Below, piece after piece: positions 1 to 7,751 of a DNA stretch of 45,433 nt (within the stretch, counting starts at the first letter, position 1; the number at the start of each line of letters is the position of its first letter). Origin of the DNA: an uncultured Candidatus Saccharibacteria bacterium (GTDB lineage Bacteria; Patescibacteriota; Doudnabacteria; UBA920; 2-01-FULL-46-14); assembly GCA_964360335.1 (NCBI GenBank), contig CAYHVH010000001.1, positions 89,426 to 134,858 on the forward strand, in the 5' to 3' direction. Below the pieces are notes generated by a model. It saw only the letters and a program-made list of their open reading frames with translations, did no database searches and was not told where the DNA came from. The position numbers and the translations under genes are program-made.

Positions 1-143
1 TGATGCACCAGGATTTGCGAATGGATGATGTTGCTCTCGAGGGCAAATTTTCTAGTTTGGGAATCTCCCCGGAGCACCGCCGCACTAGTTTCATCCGCCG
101 AAGTTTCGATAGCGAGAATTTGCACGCGCTTGTCCTTTGCCAT
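1..143 (-). CDS. tsaD: tRNA t6A37 threonylcarbamoyltransferase TsaD, N-terminal part (runs off window)
   Basis: Manual translation from ATG at 143: MAKDKRVQILAIETSADETSAAVL...SNIIHSQILVH, matching the TsaD ILxIETSCDET...SQ..H N-terminus. Confidence 0.88.
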   Translation of the reverse strand, partial: MAKDKRVQILAIETSADETSAAVLRGDSQTRKFALESNIIHSQILVH

Positions 144-275
144 GGTTAAATTATAGCATTTTCTTTCCGTGTTGTTTCTGCTATGCTTAGCTTAAGCGAT
201 CCTATTTCACTAATTCATCCGAATGTTCCGAATAATTCGGATGTGCGCATTCGTAGTGCGCTATTCGGATACAAA

Positions 276-1232
276 ATGCTCAAAACAAAAGTTTTGCACA
301 ACGATGAGGTAATCGCGGGGAGTTTTGCAGACCTTGGCAAGCGGCACACCACGGTCTGGGTGGACATTGCCGATCCTGACCTTTCTGACCTTGAAATGGT
401 CGCCGCCCATATCGGGGTGCAGGGCGAGGAGCTGTTTGAACTTTTGCATCCCAATCAGCGGCCGGTGCTGCAGGACATCGGGAAATTTACGGCGGTCGTC
501 TTTCACGCCCCGGAAATTCAAAAGGGCACGATCATTCAGCGACCGCACCTCCTTTTGGCTTCCAAGGAGCAGCAGGATTTTATTTCCGTCCACCAGGGAT
601 TCTCCCAGGCGGTGGAGAAAATCGCGGCTTACCCCATGAGGCGGCAGGTCGGGATCTTTCAAAGAGGCTCCACGGCCCTGTTGTTGGCGATTTTGAGCGA
701 GATTATGGCCGACGGTTTTGCCCTCCTGGACTACATTGGCGAGGAGATTGGTAAACTGGAGGAGCAAGTCTTTGTGCCGAAGTTATCGGCGCAGGTGATG
801 AAGCGGACTTTTGATTTGAAAAAAATCCTCATCTATTTTCAGCGCTCCCTGACGGCGGACCGGGAGGTGGTTTCGGAGATCGAAAAGGCCTATGGCCAGT
901 TTTTGGACATCAAGCAGCTTTCTAATTTCCGTTCGCTTTATTCCGACGTCACGCAGCTCATTGAGCTCTCGACGACTTACCGGGACATCATTATTTCGGC
1001 GATCGAGGTTCACCTCTCGGCCATTTCCAACAATCTGAACGTGGTGATGAAAAAATTGACCGCCTGGGCCGCCATCATTCTCGTTCCTTCCCTGATCGCC
1101 GGGGTGTATGGCATGAACTTTGCGTTTTTGCCCCTGGCGCAGCACCCGGCTGGTTTTTGGTACATGGCGGGAGCGATGCTCCTTTCGGTGTGGCTTCTTT
1201 ACAGCTACTTTCGGCATAACGACTGGCTCTAA
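276..1232 (+). CDS. corA: CorA family Mg2+/Co2+ transporter
   Basis: C-terminal two TM helices with YGMNF signature; start taken at ATG 276 because the upstream extension is a repeat hairpin. Confidence 0.92.
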   Translation: MLKTKVLHNDEVIAGSFADLGKRHTTVWVDIADPDLSDLEMVAAHIGVQGEELFELLHPNQRPVLQDIGKFTAVVFHAPEIQKGTIIQRPHLLLASKEQQDFISVHQGFSQAVEKIAAYPMRRQVGIFQRGSTALLLAILSEIMADGFALLDYIGEEIGKLEEQVFVPKLSAQVMKRTFDLKKILIYFQRSLTADREVVSEIEKAYGQFLDIKQLSNFRSLYSDVTQLIELSTTYRDIIISAIEVHLSAISNNLNVVMKKLTAWAAIILVPSLIAGVYGMNFAFLPLAQHPAGFWYMAGAMLLSVWLLYSYFRHNDWL

Positions 1233-1234
1233 AC

Positions 1235-1270
1235 AAAAAAAACCGCAAAACCCGGATTTGGGTCTGCGGT
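1235..1270 (-). terminator. Intrinsic terminator for a minus-strand transcript
   Basis: ACCGCAGACCC/GGGTTTTGCGGT stem followed by T8 on the minus strand. Confidence 0.7.
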
Positions 1271-1589
1271 GAGGGGGAGGAATGGTTGACCACGAGGCCT
1301 CGCTTCACCGGGCTAATGAGGCCTTGGAAGGTGCCTAAAACATTGGCAAAAGCTCACACCCCAGCAGGGGAAGGGACCCAAAAGCCCGCCAGGCGTGACT
1401 GCCGCTGTCGTGGTAAATTCATCATTCCTCCTTCCCCTCACCTCGCACTCCACACGACACGCACCACCAGAAGTGTGGAGTGGGGGCAAGATCGCCGCCG
1501 AGCGCTGGTTGCCTCGCAGAATCAGCCAGCGCTTCTAGGCTGGCCGCCTGTCAGATCTCGCCCCGATATCAAATCAAGATTGTTTCAGG
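1268..1589 (-). ncRNA. Candidate structured ncRNA or structured small-ORF transcript, family unknown
   Basis: Lies between a sigma70-like promoter (1596-1624) and a terminator (1235-1270); three consecutive stem domains; no credible long ORF. Confidence 0.4.
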
Positions 1590-1595
1590 GTTTTT

Positions 1596-1624
1596 ATATT
1601 ATCCGAAAGACGCTCTGCCGTCAA
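1596..1624 (-). promoter_or_regulatory. Sigma70-type promoter
   Basis: TTGACG-17 bp-TAATAT on the minus strand. Confidence 0.6.
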
Positions 1625-1639
1625 ATGTCTGTCTCGGAG

Positions 1640-1897
1640 CTAACGTTTTGGCAGGGAGTTTAAGGTATTGGAGATTTTATTAAACGATTCCCAGAGTTTG
1701 CCAAACGTTTCATCTAGGCCGGAGAGTTTGAAAAGGTAGAATAACACCGCCAGAAGCAGGAGAAAGCCCACAAGGTTGCCGATGCCGCGGCCCAAGCCGT
1801 AGAGAAACCCGCGCCAGAACATTTTGCCGGCCGAATTGTAGGCGGCATCCATGGCTTTGGCGAGGCGCTCCAGAGTCTGGTTTTGTTGTGGGTCCAT
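1640..1897 (-). CDS. Small membrane protein, DUF5665-like
   Basis: 85 aa; FWRGFLYGLGRGIG motif followed by a TM helix. Confidence 0.7.
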   Translation of the reverse strand: MDPQQNQTLERLAKAMDAAYNSAGKMFWRGFLYGLGRGIGNLVGFLLLLAVLFYLFKLSGLDETFGKLWESFNKISNTLNSLPKR

Positions 1898-1928
1898 GAG
1901 CCTAGTTTATCACGATTTTTTGAAAACT

Positions 1929-2001
1929 AAAACGCCTCAATCCTTCGACCCGCCCCGCCATCGGCGGGGCAAGCTCAGGGCATACCGGGTTGAGGCGTTT
2001 T
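1929..2001. repeat. Terminator-like hairpin with a REP-like element nested in its loop
   Basis: AAAACGCCTCAA...TTGAGGCGTTTT encloses CCTTCGAC[...]AAGCTCAGGG, which itself encloses GCCCCGCC-ATC-GGCGGGGC. Confidence 0.65.
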
Positions 2002-2024
2002 TCGCGGTCTTTGTCTTTATAAAG

Positions 2025-2255
2025 TTATTGGGCAGCGCCTATTTGCTGCTTGCCGCACAGTTTGCAGTATTGGCGGTGGTCATAGGCCACTTGGTAAAGA
2101 GCGGCGAGGCCAACCAAAATGTAGATGAGTTTTGAAATCCCGGCGTCCATACCGCCGAACAGCTGCCCGACTTCCCAGCCAGTCAGGGCAAAAATCCCCC
2201 AGTTCAGGCCGCCGATCACGAGCACGATGAAGCTGATCTGATGTAAAAGTTTCAC
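2025..2255 (-). CDS. DUF378 family small membrane protein
   Basis: LVIGGLNWG...LFG...IYILVGLAALY signature; GTG start. Confidence 0.88.
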   Translation of the reverse strand: MKLLHQISFIVLVIGGLNWGIFALTGWEVGQLFGGMDAGISKLIYILVGLAALYQVAYDHRQYCKLCGKQQIGAAQ

Positions 2256-2460
2256 AAAGCATCACCCCCTTTCCCAGGCTTCATCATAGCAGGATCGCCG
2301 GTTTTGGGGAGAAAGATATCAACAGATCAAAAGCGAATTCGGGCCGGCCACGGCCGCCGGAGTCTTTGAGGACCTGCTCACGATTGCCAAAAAGCTGTAA
2401 TGCCAAAATCAATAACGGCCGAAGACACCTGTCCTCGGCTGTTATCTTTTTTATGAACAC

Positions 2461-2493
2461 AAGAAAAGCACGGAGATTTTCCGTGCTTTTCTT
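2461..2493. terminator. Bidirectional intrinsic terminator
   Basis: AAGAAAAGCACGGA-loop-TCCGTGCTTTTCTT. Confidence 0.7.
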
Positions 2494-2551
2494 GTTGGTA
2501 CTAGTGCAAAGTTTTTCTGACCCTTCTGGGCCTTCCTGAACTTTGAGCCAG

Positions 2552-2626
2552 TGGCAGCCCCATCGGGATTTGAACCCCAAAGTAGTCCAGCTTAGGTGGA
2601 CATTTCGAGGCAGGTTGTTGACGGCC
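2552..2626 (-). pseudogene. Degenerate tRNA copy (tRNA-Glu-like 3' end)
   Basis: 75 nt; ends GGGGTTCAAATCCCGATGGGGCTGCCA; GTCCA/TGGAC stem at the anticodon position; D-arm and acceptor stem broken. Confidence 0.6.
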
Positions 2627-2628
2627 AT

Positions 2629-3099
2629 TTATTTAAATTTGTAGGTGAACTCATCGGCTTCAGTTCCCGCTGACGTAGCTGTAACTAGCAATATAGCGTT
2701 TTTAGTTGTGGAAACCACTACATGCGCTATCCGGGAAGGGATGAATATCATCTTGTCGTCCTTGGCCCTCAAGCTAATTTGTTCTTTCTTTTTTGTTTCT
2801 ATATCTTCAAGGGTGATCAGAAAGTCTCCGTTTACTGCAAAAAATAGTTCTTGTTTTCGTTTATGATAATGATTTCCGGCCAAACTGCCTCTTTTTTCAA
2901 ATTTGACCAAATAGGAATACCGATTAACAATCCCCTTTATTAAAGGTCTTCTTGCGTCCCAAACTACCGTCAGTGTCCGACCTGGCTTTTCTGATTTTTT
3001 TCTAATCTTAATTTGGAAGATTTTTGTTATTCCCGTTCTTTCTTCGGCTATAGGAACGGAGTATTGATCCATCGGATCACGACCGAATTTTATTTTCAT
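2629..3099 (-). CDS. Cupin, WxcM/FdtA-like sugar 3,4-ketoisomerase family
   Basis: AGNHYH..KQELF and IPSRIAH cupin motifs; AT-rich. Confidence 0.7.
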   Translation of the reverse strand: MKIKFGRDPMDQYSVPIAEERTGITKIFQIKIRKKSEKPGRTLTVVWDARRPLIKGIVNRYSYLVKFEKRGSLAGNHYHKRKQELFFAVNGDFLITLEDIETKKKEQISLRAKDDKMIFIPSRIAHVVVSTTKNAILLVTATSAGTEADEFTYKFK

Positions 3100-3126
3100 C
3101 AGAAAGAATTAGAAATAAACTTTATT

Positions 3127-3176
3127 TGGTACTGGTACCGGGATTTGAACCGGCGTTCCATGGCTGACCCAGTACT
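3127..3176 (-). pseudogene. tRNA 3'-half remnant
   Basis: CCGGTTCAAATCCCGGTACCAGTACCA: T-loop plus CCA end, without D or anticodon arms. Confidence 0.5.
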
Positions 3177-3190
3177 AGACATTTCCTATT

Positions 3191-3265
3191 TGGTAGCCCC
3201 ACGGGGAATCGAACCCCGATTCGCAGCTTGAAAAGCTGCTGTCCTAACCATTAGACGATGGGGCC
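3191..3265 (-). tRNA. tRNA-Glu (TTC)
   Basis: Full cloverleaf; anticodon arm GCAGC-TTTTCAA-GCTGC; T-loop TTCGATT; encoded CCA. Confidence 0.96.
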
Positions 3266-3344
3266 ACAAAGGCTCAATTAATTTAGCAAAAAAAAACAAA
3301 AAAATCAATTAACAACGAGGCGGCAAAGCTGCTATACTTTATAT

Positions 3345-3818
3345 ATGACCGCAATAGAGTTGCAAGCAAAAGCGGAAGCGATAATTTCCAAAATCATCTA
3401 TCTCACTCTCGCCACCGTTTCTGCCGACGGCCGGCCGTGGAACACGCCCGTTTATACGGCCTTTGACGCGCGCTACAATTTTTACTGGACCTCAAGCCCG
3501 GCAGCGCAGCATTCGAAAAACATTAAAGTCAACCCCGAGGTCGCGATTGTGATTTACGATTCTTCCGCGACCGAAGGGACAGGCGAGGGAGTATATATTC
3601 AGGCCGTCGCCTCGGAGGTTACCGATCCCGCGGAAATTCGCAAAGCCATCGAGTTCATGTATTCGCGCAAAAACAAACCGCCGCGGGCAGTTAAAGATTT
3701 TTTGGGTGAAAGTCCCCGTCGGATTTACAAGGCAGCTCCCAAAAAGTTCTGGATGAACCGCCTCGAGAAAATCAGCGGGTTTCTGGTAGATTCCCGCGAG
3801 GAAATAGAACTGCCTTAA
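3345..3818 (+). CDS. Pyridoxamine 5'-phosphate oxidase-like FMN-binding protein
   Basis: LTLATVSADGRPWNTPV...SQHSKNI-like...NPEVAIVI pattern. Confidence 0.85.
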   Translation: MTAIELQAKAEAIISKIIYLTLATVSADGRPWNTPVYTAFDARYNFYWTSSPAAQHSKNIKVNPEVAIVIYDSSATEGTGEGVYIQAVASEVTDPAEIRKAIEFMYSRKNKPPRAVKDFLGESPRRIYKAAPKKFWMNRLEKISGFLVDSREEIELP

Positions 3819-3830
3819 ACCGACCAAACT

Positions 3831-3861
3831 AAAAAAGAGCCCCTTGATGGAGCTCTTTTTT
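3831..3861. terminator. Bidirectional intrinsic terminator
   Basis: AAAAAAGAGC...GCTCTTTTTT between convergent ORFs. Confidence 0.7.
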
Positions 3862-3874
3862 GTTCGCACACCTC

Positions 3875-3979
3875 CTATTTGATGGGTTCAGTTTTCGGGT
3901 CGTGTTGCTTCGGCTGGTCAGAAGTAGGAGTAATCGGAGCAGAGGTGCTCGGCGTGTTCGGGGTCGGTTGATCAGACAT
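3875..3979 (-). CDS. Putative 34-aa Pro/Thr-rich small protein
   Basis: MSDQPTPNTPSTSAPITPTSDQPKQHDPKTEPIK; purine-rich RBS, upstream TGnTATAGT -10 and downstream terminator. Confidence 0.45.
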   Translation of the reverse strand: MSDQPTPNTPSTSAPITPTSDQPKQHDPKTEPIK

Positions 3980-4121
3980 AATATTTTTTTCCTTCCCTGC
4001 AATACCTATACCTGAAGCACCGCAGTATTAAATTGTTAACGGCTTCATAGATATAAAGCCCGGGTTTACTATAGCACTGATTTGCCCTTTAAACAAACAG
4101 AAGAGAAGCCAAAGATTTTCA

Positions 4122-4622
4122 TCAGTGCGGCTTAATATATAGGTAGACGCCCGCTTCTTTTTTCTCCTCCTGCCAGCCGGGGAGCGGGAACGCAAAGGAG
4201 ACGACCCGCGCCCCTGGTTTGAGTTCGCGCTTCAGCTTCTGCCCAAGTTTTTTCATGATGTAGCCGATGCCATAGACTACCACGACATCAAATGCGGCCA
4301 AATCTTTGCCCCAAAAACTTTTCAGGTGGATAAAAGCTCGGCGCTGCAGCCCCGCCTGACTAATGTTGCGGCGCGACCACCAGACGAGAAGCGGGTTGAT
4401 TTCGTAGCCGTGGGCGATTGCTCCCGCCTCGGCCAGGGCGATGACGATTCGGCCGTCGCCCGAGCCCAAATCAGCAGCCAGCTCCCCGGATTTCACCGCC
4501 AGAAGTTTAATCATGAATTCCACTTTGGCAGGCGCGCTGGGGACAAATGTCGCCCCTTGGGCAAACGAATAAATCAAAGCCAGCACCAGGATCAGGAACA
4601 GCAAGCCAAGGGCAATTTCCAT
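4122..4622 (-). CDS. Class I SAM-dependent methyltransferase with N-terminal TM helix
   Basis: GATFVPS, DLGSGDGRIV, GYEINP and LKPGARVVS motifs. Confidence 0.9.
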   Translation of the reverse strand: MEIALGLLFLILVLALIYSFAQGATFVPSAPAKVEFMIKLLAVKSGELAADLGSGDGRIVIALAEAGAIAHGYEINPLLVWWSRRNISQAGLQRRAFIHLKSFWGKDLAAFDVVVVYGIGYIMKKLGQKLKRELKPGARVVSFAFPLPGWQEEKKEAGVYLYIKPH

Positions 4623-4714
4623 AAGCAGATTATAATCGAGCGCTTGATTTCGAGCGAGTTTTTCAAGAGGGTGCTTTGCTTGCAGGCTGCTTTTTTGTGA
4701 TATAATCGGACTGT

Positions 4715-5374
4715 ATGCTTGATAGCCATTGGCGGAAATTATTTTTTCTGATACTTCTGGTTCTGCTCTTGGCGTTGCTGTTTTGGTATTCTGCTTCCTT
4801 TCAGGAGGTTTTTTTTGGCTCCGTGGATTTTTTGGAGGGTTATGCCAATCGCCACATCCTCCTGGCCGAGGGGATTTTTGTGGGAGCGGCCGCTCTTTCC
4901 GCCATGTTTTCGCCCTTTAGCAGCGTTCCCCTGGTGCCGGCCGCCCTTGTCATCTGGGACAGTGGTTTGACCTTGAGTTTGCTTTTGCTGGGATGGCTTT
5001 TGGGAGGAATCGGAGCTTATCTCGTTGGCCGCTACGCTCTGTATCAACTCTTGCGCCGCGTCCTGGATATTGACGGAAAAGTTGATTACTATCGAAAAAA
5101 AATTTCCCCTCGGGCGGAGTTTGGACTGGTGTTGCTGTTCCGTTTTGCCATGCCGGCGGAAATTCCCGGTTATGTTCTCGGCGCTATTCGTTATCACTTC
5201 GGGAAGTATTTTTTGGCGACTTTTTTAGCTGAATTCCCATTCGCCGTCATAACCGTCTACGCCAGCGAAGCCTTGATATTCAAAGAGCCGGTTCTGCTCG
5301 GGGCTTTGGGTTTATTGGTGACTCTGATTTTGGGCGGCGCGCTTTATTTTTTCCGCAAAAAACTCCGGGATTGA
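4715..5374 (+). CDS. VTT/TVP38 (DedA superfamily) membrane protein
   Basis: Multi-TM; AYLVGRY, LLFRFAMP and YFLATFL motifs. Confidence 0.8.
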   Translation: MLDSHWRKLFFLILLVLLLALLFWYSASFQEVFFGSVDFLEGYANRHILLAEGIFVGAAALSAMFSPFSSVPLVPAALVIWDSGLTLSLLLLGWLLGGIGAYLVGRYALYQLLRRVLDIDGKVDYYRKKISPRAEFGLVLLFRFAMPAEIPGYVLGAIRYHFGKYFLATFLAEFPFAVITVYASEALIFKEPVLLGALGLLVTLILGGALYFFRKKLRD

Positions 5375-5452
5375 TTTTCGCTTAGCGAAAAGCGGGCACG
5401 GTGCTTCTCCGCCAGGAGGAAATGATGCTATACTGACAGGGATAGGATTTTT

Positions 5453-6055
5453 ATGATAAAGAAACAAATCCGGGCAATTGTTTTTGATTTGGGCGGGGTG
5501 GTGGTGCATGGCGGCTACCTCGATTTTCTTAAACATTTTTGTACCACCTGCATGACCCCGGAAGGAAAAAAGCAAGTCGCTCGGCTGGAGCGCCAGGCAA
5601 ATCTCGGAAATCTTACGGAGCGGGAATTTTTGAGAAAATTGCGATGGATTTTTGGCTTGCACCTCTCGGTTTCCCGGATGCACGACCTGATTGTGGACCA
5701 TATGCAAACTGATAAGCGGTTGGCGCATCTGATTCCGAAACTTAAAAAGACCAGAATTGCCTTGTTTAGCAATTCTATCGGCAATATGGCGGTGGAAGTT
5801 TTACATAAAAGGCATCTTAATTCCCATCGGCTTTTCGGGCGAGTGTTTATTTCCTCCAGATTGCATTTAGTGAAGCCAGATCAGAAAGCTTATCATTATA
5901 TTTTGAGAGCGTTAAAGGTTAAACCCCGAGAAGCCCTGATGGTTGACGATCGGTTAGTTAACATCCAGGGCGCTAGAAAAGCAGGAATGGAAGGAATTGT
6001 CTACAAAAATTCCGCTCAGTTTCGCAGAGCGATTCGCAAATATGAGTTTGTCTAA
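5453..6055 (+). CDS. HAD superfamily hydrolase
   Basis: FDLGGV, SN, KPD and MVDD...NIQGA motifs. Confidence 0.88.
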   Translation: MIKKQIRAIVFDLGGVVVHGGYLDFLKHFCTTCMTPEGKKQVARLERQANLGNLTEREFLRKLRWIFGLHLSVSRMHDLIVDHMQTDKRLAHLIPKLKKTRIALFSNSIGNMAVEVLHKRHLNSHRLFGRVFISSRLHLVKPDQKAYHYILRALKVKPREALMVDDRLVNIQGARKAGMEGIVYKNSAQFRRAIRKYEFV

Positions 6056-6965
6056 AGTCATCATCATCGGTTCGGGCCCGGCCGGGCTTACTGCTGCGAT
6101 TTATGCCGCCCGGGCGGAGCTTAACCCCCTTTTGATTGCCGGTTCGGTTTACGGCGGGCAGTTGATGCTCACTACCGAGGTCGGCAATTTTCCGGGGTTT
6201 CCCCAGGACGTCCAGGGCCCCGCGCTTATCCAACAAATGCTCGACCAAGCTAAGCGGTTCGGCACAGAAGTAATTTTTGAGGATGTCACCAGAGTGGATT
6301 TTTCCAAAAGGCCATTTCGGCTCTGGACTGATGGGCAGGAGTATCAGACGGCGGCGGTAATTGTCGCCACCGGCGCTTCGGCGAAATGGCTCGGTTTGCC
6401 CTCGGAGCAACGTTTGCGCGGGCACGGGGTCAGCAGTTGTGCCACTTGCGACGGCTTTTTCTTCAAAGGGAAGAGAGTGGTCGTAGTCGGGGGGGGAGAC
6501 GTGGCGATGGAGGATTCCAACTTTTTGACGAGATTTGCGTCGGAAGTGACCGTCGTTCACCGGCGGGATACGCTGCGCGCTTCGAAAATTCTCCAGAAGA
6601 GAGCGCTCGAGAATCCGAAAATCAAGTTCATTTGGGACACGGCCCTGGAGGAAGTTTTGGGCGGGGAGCAGGTTACCGGAGTGCGGATTAAAAATTTGAA
6701 AACCGAGGCGGTGCAGGAGCTGGCGGTTGACGGAGTGTTCGTGGCGATCGGGCACGAACCGAACACCAAATTCCTCAAAGGTTCAGGGATTGAATTGGAC
6801 CAAAAAGGCTATATTCTGATGCGGGAACACAGCCGGAGCAATATTGACGGGGTGTTTGTCGCCGGCGATGTTCAGGATTTTTATTATCGGCAGGCGATTA
6901 CCGCCGCCGGCGACGGCTGCCGCGCCGCCATGGATGCGGAAAAGTGGCTAGCCGCCCGGGACTGA
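6042..6965 (+). CDS. trxB: Thioredoxin-disulfide reductase
   Basis: GSGPAG, CATCDG, GGGD, HRRD and AGDV motifs. Confidence 0.97.
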   Translation: MSLSKVIIIGSGPAGLTAAIYAARAELNPLLIAGSVYGGQLMLTTEVGNFPGFPQDVQGPALIQQMLDQAKRFGTEVIFEDVTRVDFSKRPFRLWTDGQEYQTAAVIVATGASAKWLGLPSEQRLRGHGVSSCATCDGFFFKGKRVVVVGGGDVAMEDSNFLTRFASEVTVVHRRDTLRASKILQKRALENPKIKFIWDTALEEVLGGEQVTGVRIKNLKTEAVQELAVDGVFVAIGHEPNTKFLKGSGIELDQKGYILMREHSRSNIDGVFVAGDVQDFYYRQAITAAGDGCRAAMDAEKWLAARD

Positions 6966-7675
6966 TAATTTTAGCAGTCATCTTTCTGGCTGTCTCGTGC
7001 AACGCCAAGAACGGGCAGGAAGGAGCAACTGACATGAATCAAAAGGTTGAGTTTATCACTACCGATCAAGTCAAAATCGTGGCGGACTATTATGCTCCGA
7101 AAGCCGCGTCCCGAAAAGGTGTCGTTTTGGTGCACATGATGCCGGCGACTCGTAATTCCTGGGAGGAATTTGCCGGGAAACTGCAAGCAGTCGGCTATCA
7201 CGCTTTGACTATTGATTTAAGAGGTCATGGCGAGTCAGGCGGCGGAAACTTTCAAAGATTTTCTGATGCCGAGCATCAGGCTTCAATTCGGGATCTAGAG
7301 GCCGCCGCGAAGTTTCTGGGGGAAAAGGGCGCGGCAGAATTGGCGGTTGCGGGAGCGAGCATTGGCGCGAATTTGGCGTTGCAGTATCTGGCGGAAAATC
7401 CCGAAACCAAGGCGGCGGTCTTGCTCTCTCCCGGTTTGGATTATCGGGGGATTCAAACTCCTCCGCTCGCGGCTCGGGTTTCCGATAAAAGCAAGATTTT
7501 ATTTGTGGGGGCCGAGGATGATGCGGCCAGCATGGGAGGGAGCTGTGAAGAACTGGTTTCCGAGTTGGGAATTACGGCAAAAATTTGTTTTGCGGCGGGC
7601 GGCCACGGCACGAATTTATTCCAAACCCATCCCGAGCTTCCAGAAGCCCTCCTCGATTTTTTGAAACAAAAATAA
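6944..7675 (+). CDS. Alpha/beta hydrolase, probably a lipoprotein (alternative start 7034)
   Basis: DLRGHGES, GASIG nucleophile elbow, C-terminal GHGT; LAVSC lipobox-like N-terminus. Confidence 0.85.
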   Translation: MASRPGLIILAVIFLAVSCNAKNGQEGATDMNQKVEFITTDQVKIVADYYAPKAASRKGVVLVHMMPATRNSWEEFAGKLQAVGYHALTIDLRGHGESGGGNFQRFSDAEHQASIRDLEAAAKFLGEKGAAELAVAGASIGANLALQYLAENPETKAAVLLSPGLDYRGIQTPPLAARVSDKSKILFVGAEDDAASMGGSCEELVSELGITAKICFAAGGHGTNLFQTHPELPEALLDFLKQK

Positions 7676-7751
7676 AAAAAGAGAGCGCCGGTCGTAAAAC
7701 CCGACGCTCTTTTGCTTCACTCGTAGGGCAGAAATCGAAGCGGATGGCGGT

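Noticed and set aside
183-275. 31-aa N-terminal extension of CorA
   Set aside because: It is the translation of a repeat hairpin; ATG 276 gives a normal-length CorA
1268-1589. tmRNA, RNase P RNA or SRP RNA assignment
   Set aside because: Size fits, but there is no T-arm/CCA end, no GAGGAAAGTCC P4 motif and no SRP GGAA/AGCAG loop
2552-2626. Functional tRNA-Leu(TAA) or suppressor tRNA
   Set aside because: No D-stem, mismatched acceptor stem and C instead of U at position 33
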